DNA of 64,000 bases. Source: Schizochytrium sp. TIO01 (taxonomy: Eukaryota > Protista > Bigyra: Labyrinthulomycetes). A model generated the notes under the pieces. The model was not told the DNA's origin, did no database searches, and saw only the letters and a list, made by a program, of their open reading frames with translations. This document shows, piece after piece, positions 56,401 to 64,000 of the stretch. Numbering within the stretch: position 1 is the first letter of the stretch; the number at the start of each line of letters is the position of its first letter. The translations under genes and the position numbers were made by a program. The stretch covers positions 4,412,845 through 4,476,844 of the forward strand of contig SMSO01000014.1 of assembly GCA_004764695.1 (NCBI GenBank), in the 5' to 3' direction.

Positions 56401-59400
56401 CGATGCAACGTCAGTCAAATAGTTAGCCATTAAGCACTCTCTCTTTCTCAGACTGAAAATCGCAGAATTGCAGGAGACTTCCTGCTTCTGTGTTCCTTCG
56501 CTAATCGAATCCAGAGCCTAACATCCATTCTCTCATTGCATTGCGACGTGCTTGAGTTCGTTTTCAGTTCTGCTTTATCCTGTTCAAGTGCTACAATTCG
56601 ACTTTAGTAAACGAAGGGCTTGGCGAAAGGTAACAACGATGGTTTCTCTTATTCTCTGCTTCATCGAACAAGAAACAGCCTAAAAACCCTTTCTTGTGGA
56701 TTTTTAAAACGTACGTTAAACGAGTCAGGTTCTTGCATTCCGCAATTCCCTTTGCGATGGCCTTTCCACCCTCATCGCCAAACTTGTCACGAGTAAGACT
56801 GCGAATAATAATAAGAAATAAGATCATTCGTAGTGATTACGATGCAACGTCAGTCAATTAGTTAGCCATCGAGCACTCTCTCTTTCTCAGACTGAAAATC
56901 GCAGAATTGCAGGAGACTTCCTGCTTCCGTGTTCCCTCGCTAATCGAATCCAGAGCCTAACATCCATTCTCTCATTGCATTGCGACGTGCTTGAGTTCGT
57001 GTTCAGTTCTGCTTTATCCTGTTCAAGTGCTACAATTCGACTCTAGTAAACGAAGGGCTTGACGAAAGGTAACAACGATGGTTTCTCTAATTTTCTGCTT
57101 TATCATACAAGAAACAGCCTGAAAACCCTTTCTTGTGGATTTTTAAAACGTACCCTAAAAATGTCAGGTTTTTGCATTCCGCAATTCCCTTTGCGATGGC
57201 CTTTCCCCCCTCATCCCCAAAGATGTTCCCACCAAGACTGCGAATAATAATAAGAAATAAGATCATTCGTAGTGATTACGATGCAACGTCAGTCACTTAG
57301 TCAGCCATCGAGCACTCTCTCTTTCTCAAACTGAAAATCGCAGAATTGCAGGAGACTTCCTGCTTCTGTGTTCCTTCGCTAATCGAATCCAGAGCCTAAC
57401 ATCCATTCTCTCATTGCATTGCGACGTGCTTGAGTTCGTGTTCTGCTTTATTCTGTTCAAGTGCTACAATTCGACTCTAGTAAACGAAGGGCTTGGCGAA
57501 AGGTAACAACGATGGTTTCTCTAATTCTCTGCTTCATCGAACAAGAAACAGCCTGAAAACCCTTTCTTGTGGATTTTTAAAACGTACTATAAAAATGTCA
57601 GGTTTTTGCATTCCGCAATTCCCTTTGCGATGGCCTTTCCCCCCTCATCCCCAAAGATGTTCCCACCAAGACTGCGAATAATAATAAGAAATAAGATCAT
57701 TCGTAGTGATTACGATGCAACGTCAGTCAATTAGTTAGCCATCGAGCACTCTCTCTTTCTCAAACTGAAAATCGCAGAATTGCAGGAGACTTCCTGCTTC
57801 TGTGTTCCTTCGCTAATCGAATCCAGAGCCTAACATCCATTCTCTCATTGCATTGCGACGTGCTTGAGTTCGTTTTCAGTCCTGCTTTATTCTGTTCAAG
57901 TGCTACAATTCGACTCTAGTAAACGAAGGGCTTGGCAAAAGGTATCAACAATGGTTTCTCTAATTCTCTGCTTCATCGAACAAGAAACAGCCTGAAAACC
58001 CTTTCTTGTGGATTTTTAAAACGTACGTTAAATGTGTCATGTTCTTGCATTCCGCAATTCCCTTTGCGATGGCCTTTCCACCCTCATCGCCAAACTTGTT
58101 CCAACCAAGACTGCGAATAATAGTAAGTAATAAGATCATTCGTAGTGATTACGATGCAACGTCAGTCAATTAGTCAGCCATCGAGCACTCTCTCTTTCTC
58201 AAACTGAAAATCGCAGGATTGCAGGAGACTTCCTGCTTCTGTGTTCCTTCGCTAATCGAATCCAGAGCCTAACATCCATTCTCTCATTGCATTGCGACTT
58301 GTTTGCTTTCATTTTTAGTTTTGCTTTATTCTGTTCAAATTCTACAATTTGAACATAGTTACAGGAGGGCTTTGCAAAAGGTATCAACAATGGTTTCTCT
58401 AGTTTTTTGCTTCACGGAACAAGAACCAACTGGAAAACCCTTATTTGTGGGTCAAAATAACGTACGTTAAACGTGTCAGGTTCTTGCATTCCGCAATTCC
58501 CTTTGCGATGGCCTTTCCACCCTCATCGCCAAACTTGTTCCCACCAAGACTGCGAATAATAATAAGTAATAAGATCATTCGTAGTGATTACGATGCAACG
58601 TCAGTCAATTAGTCAGCCATCGAGCACTCTCTCTTTCTCAAACTGAAAATCGCAGGATTGCAGAAGACTTCCTGCTTCTATGTTCCCTCGCTAATCGAAT
58701 CCAGAGCCTAACAACCATTCTCTCATTGCAATGCGATGTGCTTGAGTTCGTGTTCAGTTCTGCTTTATCCTGTTCAAGTGCTACAATTCGACTCTAGTAA
58801 GAGGAGGGCTTGGCGAAAGGTATCAACAATGGTTTCTCTTATTCTCTGCTTCATCATACAAGAAACAGCCTGAAAACCCTTTCTTGTGGATTTTTAAAAC
58901 GTACTCTAAATGTGTCAGGTTCTTGCATTCCGCAATTCCCTTTGCGATGGCCTTTCCACCCTCATCGCCAAACTTGTTCCCACCAAGACTGCGAATAATA
59001 ATAAGTAATAAGATCATTCGTAGTGATTACGATGCAACGTCAGTCAATTAGTCAGCCATCGAGCACTCTCTCTTTCTCAAACTGAAAATCGCAGGATTGC
59101 AGAAGACTTCCTGCTTCTATGTTCCCTCGCTAATCGAATCCAGAGCCTAACATCCATTCTCTCATTGCCATTACGACTTGCTAGCGTTCGCTTTCAGTTC
59201 TGCTTTATCCTGTTCAAGTGTTACAATTCGACTTTAGTAAACGAAGGGCTTGGCAAAAGGTATCAACAATGGTTTCTCTTATTCTCTGCTTCATCGAACA
59301 AGAAACAGCCTGAAAACCCTTTCTTGTGGATTTTTAAAACGTACTCTAAATGTGTCATGTTCTTGCATTCCGCAATTCCCTTTGCGATGGCCTTTCCACC

Positions 59401-60067
59401 CTCATCGCCAAACTTGTTCCAACTAAGACTGCGAATAATAATAAGAAATAAGATCATTCGTAGTGATTACGATGCAACGTCAGTCAATTAGTCAGCCATC
59501 GAGCACTCTCTCTTTCTCAAACTGAAAATCGCAGAATTGCAGGAGACTTCCTGCTTCTGTGTTCCTTCGCTAAACGAATCCAGAGCCTAACATCCATTCT
59601 CTCATGCCCTTACGACGTGCTAGCGTTCGTTTTCAGTTCTGCTTTATCCTGTTCAAGCGCTACAATTCGACTTTAGTAAACGAAGGGCTTGGCGAAAGGT
59701 ATCAACGATGGTTTCTCTAATTCTCTGTTTCATCGAACAAGAAACAGCTTGAAAACCTTTTATTGTGGATTTTAAAAACGTACGTTAAGTTTGTCAGGTT
59801 CTCGCATTTTTTCAGGGACTTTGCAATTGCCTTTGCGGTATTTGGACCGATGCGCTGGTTGCTAAGACTGTGTTTGTTGAGTTTTCAAGTATATATCATT
59901 TCCAACTTCATCAGTACCGATCCAAAACTCTTCTACTACAAGGCTTGCATTCTTGAACACATTAATAACGCCAATGCCTCCTGCTGTCTCCTCTTTTTGC
60001 CACCGCGCACTTACTCAATCTCCGTCGTATCTTTACTGATGTCCTTAACCTTGCGTGCTACACTCAT
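50423..60067 (-). CDS. 18-exon cytosolic LRR-array / helical / Ser-Thr kinase / RING-Rcat (RBR-like) protein, ~1407 aa
   Basis: Exons: 60015-60067 (MSVARKVKDISKDTTEI); 84-nt LRR exons 59784-59867, 59345-59428, 58905-58988, 58466-58549, 58027-58110, 57588-57671, 57154-57237, 56715-56798, 56287-56370, 55859-55942, 55420-55503, 54979-55062, 54540-54623, 54101-54184, 53662-53745; 53266-53502; 50423-53096. All introns are GT..AG and phase 2, and the total is 4224 nt in frame. Kinase motifs LVLK, HCDIKPEN, LGDFDG, YIAPE, DMYSVG; RING CxxC...CxxGH.LCxxC...CxxxxC; Rcat-like CPSC...DCCAVKC....CGHHFCAWC. Confidence 0.85.
53746..59783 (-). repeat. Tandem exon+intron array, ~439-bp unit (range 428-441), 13 homogenised LRR exons and 14 near-identical introns
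   Basis: Recurring exon starts on + strand at 54101, 54540, 54979, 55420, 55859, 56287, 56715, 57154, 57588, 58027, 58466, 58905, 59345. Confidence 0.97.
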
Positions 60068-63000
60068 CTTCTTGTCGCAGTGCCCACTGTAATGATTCGT
60101 GAAGACTAATCGATCAACGACGCCGTTTCTTTTGCCTTGGAGCCCTCGCTCTCAAGACCACCTTTGTGTGCTAAAGGACTTCTTCCGAGCCGCAAGAGGT
60201 GAGCTCCACGCGGCGCCTCGCCTTGCCTCTGCAGCCTACGCTTCGTCCACGAGCAGGTCGGCGGTGCTGTGCTATAGAGGTTGCGTGTTTGTCGAATGTG
60301 TTCACTGCGTTGAGTTGAGGGTTTGCGAGGCTGGTTTTGGCAGCGTTGATCTCATTCTTTCTCTGTGAGCAGAAAATAAGCTCTGCGTGGAGTTTTCACT
60401 AAGTGAGTGACTAAAAGGCCTAAAAATTTGATTGATTGATTGATTGATTAATGAGTCATTAAAAGATCGCTTGACTGATCGATGGATAGGAGTGCTTAGT
60501 CTCTGACTATTGGAAATGTCGGATCTTTCTTTCTTTCTTTCTCCTTTCTTCCTTACTTTTGCAAGAGGTCCTTCTTCCAGCTTCTCTTTTTTATTCTGGG
60601 AGCGAGAAACTTTAGGAGGAGTGTTAAGTATCACTTAGCACTTCTCCTTTAAAAGGTAGCGACGGTGGCCGCGAAGTACCAACCTACCAATGCCGATTGA
60701 AAGAAGGCGAAACACTTCATCGTTTGGAGAGTAAACCCGAAGAGCGAAAGTGTCTCTATAATGACTTTTGAGTGAAGGAGAGCCTTGTAGGTTGTATTTT
60801 GATTTATACCTGACGATGTTAACTTTGCACACCCTGATTGAAAAAGGAAATCAACTCAAGGGATCACCAAAAAGCCTGGTTTTGGACTTAAGTTGAGAAA
60901 AAGATCGAAAATACCGTACAGTCGCACTTCTTAGTATCTTTGACCTTGTTCTGGCAACGCTGTTGAGAAATACCTCTCCAGGAGGGACCACGATTCGTCA
61001 TATTCAACTTGATAGGTAGGTAGGCAGGGTCAGTACTGCGACCGATCATGAAGCATCATCGCTTAGGAAACATGCAAATGAGTAAGATGTTGAATCCAGA
61101 TAAGAATGGGTTTTGTACAAGGGAATCGCTTTTAGGTAAGAGTTGGATTTATCATTTGTGCCCTAGCAGCGTTGGAGATAGGTAACGAGTACTTCAGGCA
61201 GTTATGCGTGCTATATGTTTTTACCAAAGTTAAAGGGTTGATACTGATGTTTTGGACGAGTGAAGGCGCAGGCTCGTGCGTCTCCAACTAGTATTAGACA
61301 TTCTTCTTCACTCGTCCAAGTCACCCATGGCCAATCCGACGAAGATATTTCTGCTCATAAAGGCTTAAAGCAAATGACCGCTGAGCAGGTCTTGCTTACT
61401 TGACACCCTTTTGTCTAATTGATGTCAGGGCGCAAACTTTACGGGATTATCCAGAGAGTTATCCAGAGAAGGCACCAGCGCAGATGCCAGGAGTACTGAG
61501 TCAAAGAACACTGAATTTGACAGAAAAAATGTTTGAAGTGTACAAAATTTGGTTTGCTCAAGTAAAATTACGGCCTTAGGTCATTGCAACTGAGACCTCT
61601 AGCCTCGAAGTCAGGTCTTATACTATAGTTTAGCGCTTGTGTTAAAAGACTATTGGGCAGCCGCATTTTGATTTTGCGAGTTGTGAATATATTGGAGTTG
61701 TGTGATCATATTCTGATATTACCTTACAGACATAGAGCATTCTATTCATTGCAGCTAGACTCTTCATATAGGAGAGGCAAGCAAACTAAAAGCAGAATTA
61801 GTTTGAAGCCAGAAACCTGCACAGAGTCAAAGAAACTTCCAGCATATTTGAAACAAGATTTTTTAACTGCTTGTTCGTCAAATGATTGAATGCTATACTT
61901 ATTTCTCGTTCAAATTCAGTCATTTTGACAAAATGCCAATGTCGGTAACCTCGAGTAACTGGCCATTGTTCGCCATTGATGTTTGAATAAAACGTTTACC
62001 ATGGTGCTGTAAAGACACAGATCTCATCATCAACAAAGAGTACAGAGGTTCTAGCTGATAGGAATATTACTTACATACGAGCAAGCATGCTGAAATGTAT
62101 TCAGTGAAGTTTGCACGGATAAATTTGAAAACACTTGAACAGATGGATCCAATGACTCAGCGATAGGGGTATTTTTTGGTAATAGCTCGTTTGAATTCGT
62201 TTAATGTGTCTAGAGAAGGTCTTGATGCCTCAACACTACAAGCAATGAGACTCTTCAGCGTTTACGCTTCCTCACCAAGTAGCTTCCCCTCTCGAATGAA
62301 CGGATTTTTGTTTACTGCTTCTGCGGTTAAAGAGATCTAAACAATTGACTGATGGAATTCGTCGAGTTTTTGCCTGCATTCAAATGAGTGAGGCATTAAT
62401 GTGAGACTTTAACGGTAAGGAACAAGAGTACGCTTCTTATTGAGTGTTGAGTCTTTGAATCACAACTTTTGCAGGAGATAGTGCCACACAGTGGGCCTCT
62501 TCAACAATTCTCGGAATTGCATGTTCTGTTTCTTAATTATGGCGGTGCCTTTTGCCGGCGTTAAGTTATTACTAGGCCAGATGCTGATAAAACTGCCCAC
62601 GAGACCTAGCACTTACCAAGCATCATTGGTTTCTTCCTGCTCTTCGCGAGTTTTGTAGTATGTCCACGCCACAAACGCCCTTCGTGGCGTTATTGGTTGG
62701 CAATAAATTCTCTTGCGAAGAGAACTTATCTAATCCTTATCGATCTTGTTGAGATTTCTAATCAAAGAATCATGTGAACAACACAGTGCGTAGCTTCTTG
62801 GTGTACCTTTGTAAGACCTCGAAGAGTAAGGCGATGAATAGGATAAGAAGCAGGCAATCAGATGCGTGACTGCGGATTCAAAGAAAGCCAAGGCACAAAA
62901 GGTGCACAGGCACCTTGGTAGAGCGTGTATGGCGAGATTTACTTTGATGGTTGAAGAGGCAAGTGAATTAAACCTCTTCAAATATGTCTAGCTCTGTTCT

Positions 63001-64000
63001 AGGCTTTCGATTGTGATATAGATTTGCCTATCATGGGATATCATGAACAGCAGATCGCTAACTCTAACGAGCCAAAGGTTCTTGCTATTTTCCGAGCTCT
63101 CCTAAGTTTTAAAAGCCTTTTATAGGCCTTCTTCAAGTCTCTTGCCTTCGTCTTCATAGTCAACCTTCATCTGTCCAGACTCAATTTGAGCAAGGCTGGG
63201 CCACTTTGTCGATGATCTTTTCCTGAACGAAAGAAGAAGAAGAAGAGATTTTCCAGAACGCCAACAAGCGCAAATGAATTTGAGACTCGAGCTGGTGCTT
63301 CCATGAGCAACTACATGGCCTTGACAGCAAATAATAATTCAGGTTAAGATTTCTTAGTTTATCATCTTTGCTTGACTTTGATGTCCAAGCATTGAGTAGT
63401 GCTGTATACATTTGGATAGAACATACGTAGAGCACTTTATATTGGTAACCATCATATTTTGGAACATGGTGGCCAAAGTAAGTTCTGCTACATGTTTCTG
63501 CTGGATGCCAGTACTCTCTGTCCAGCTTGCCTTTCTAGGTACAGGCATGTTTCGGAATCTATATGTGTCACGATTTGATAAATTCTTCCATAGGAATGGC
63601 GTCGCACAGTCTAAAGAGAACTAACTCAAAAGAAGGAGCTCGCTTTTTCTAGAAGTGAATCAGCAGTGCTCAAATGGTGTTATTTCAGGTCCTTCGAATC
63701 ATCCTCGATGAGGCAATCATATATCATAAAAGCTTGGACAAAATCATACAGGATTACCATCCAGCAAAACTTTTGAAATACCAATCAATTGTAGAAATGG
63801 GAGCGAAATAGAACCGTCGAATACTTCTCTTGATACCCACGCATGGTGTGCACACATGTAGCTAAGAACCATAAGCATACGTTTGTATCGCACAGGTACT
63901 TCAAGCACTCTCTAAAGTCCAACTGAAAACATAAACTTAGCAGAGGTTTTGAGGTTCGCACCTCTGAAGGATGCTGAGCGTAGTGGATTGTTTGAACGTA

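Noticed and set aside
54101-59428. Diversity-generating retroelement as the source of variation
   Set aside because: No reverse transcriptase or template repeat is present in the window, and the changes are not confined to adenines of a single template.
53805-59491. Short repeated ORFs in the track (MAKGNNDG..., MILLLIIIRSL...)
   Set aside because: They are antisense or intron read-through translations of the repeat unit; only the 84-nt exon part is coding.
53746-59783. Tandem array as a CRISPR array or non-coding satellite
   Set aside because: Units are ~439 bp with no unique spacers and there are no cas genes. Each unit holds an 84-nt in-frame LRR exon bounded by CAG and GTACGT splice sites.

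Overview
This is an intron-containing eukaryotic genomic window (GT-AG introns, microsatellites). Gene content and style suggest a stramenopile protist such as a thraustochytrid, which is my inference and not verified. The first ~45 kb holds mostly housekeeping genes: a gamma-tubulin complex GCP subunit, THOC3, a Tubby-domain protein, RMI2, a CINP/C1orf109-like gene, a myristoylated calcineurin-B-like protein, a PIH1 protein, RPLP0, SF3B5, BCAS2 and a probably GPI-anchored sulfatase. Several are spliced and missed or mis-called by the ORF track. The main discovery is at 50423-60067 (minus strand), where I reconstructed by hand an 18-exon gene (~1407 aa) encoding a cytosolic LRR-array + helical region + protein kinase + RING/Rcat (RBR-like) protein. 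Its LRR array is built from 84-nt, symmetric phase-2 exons embedded in a ~439-bp tandem repeat. The introns and LRR scaffold codons are nearly identical between units, whereas the predicted ligand-contacting codons at the exon ends are hypervariable and mosaic. It sits beside a decayed kinase-RING paralog and a HET-like/TPR gene. Together these look like a diversifying innate-immune receptor locus.
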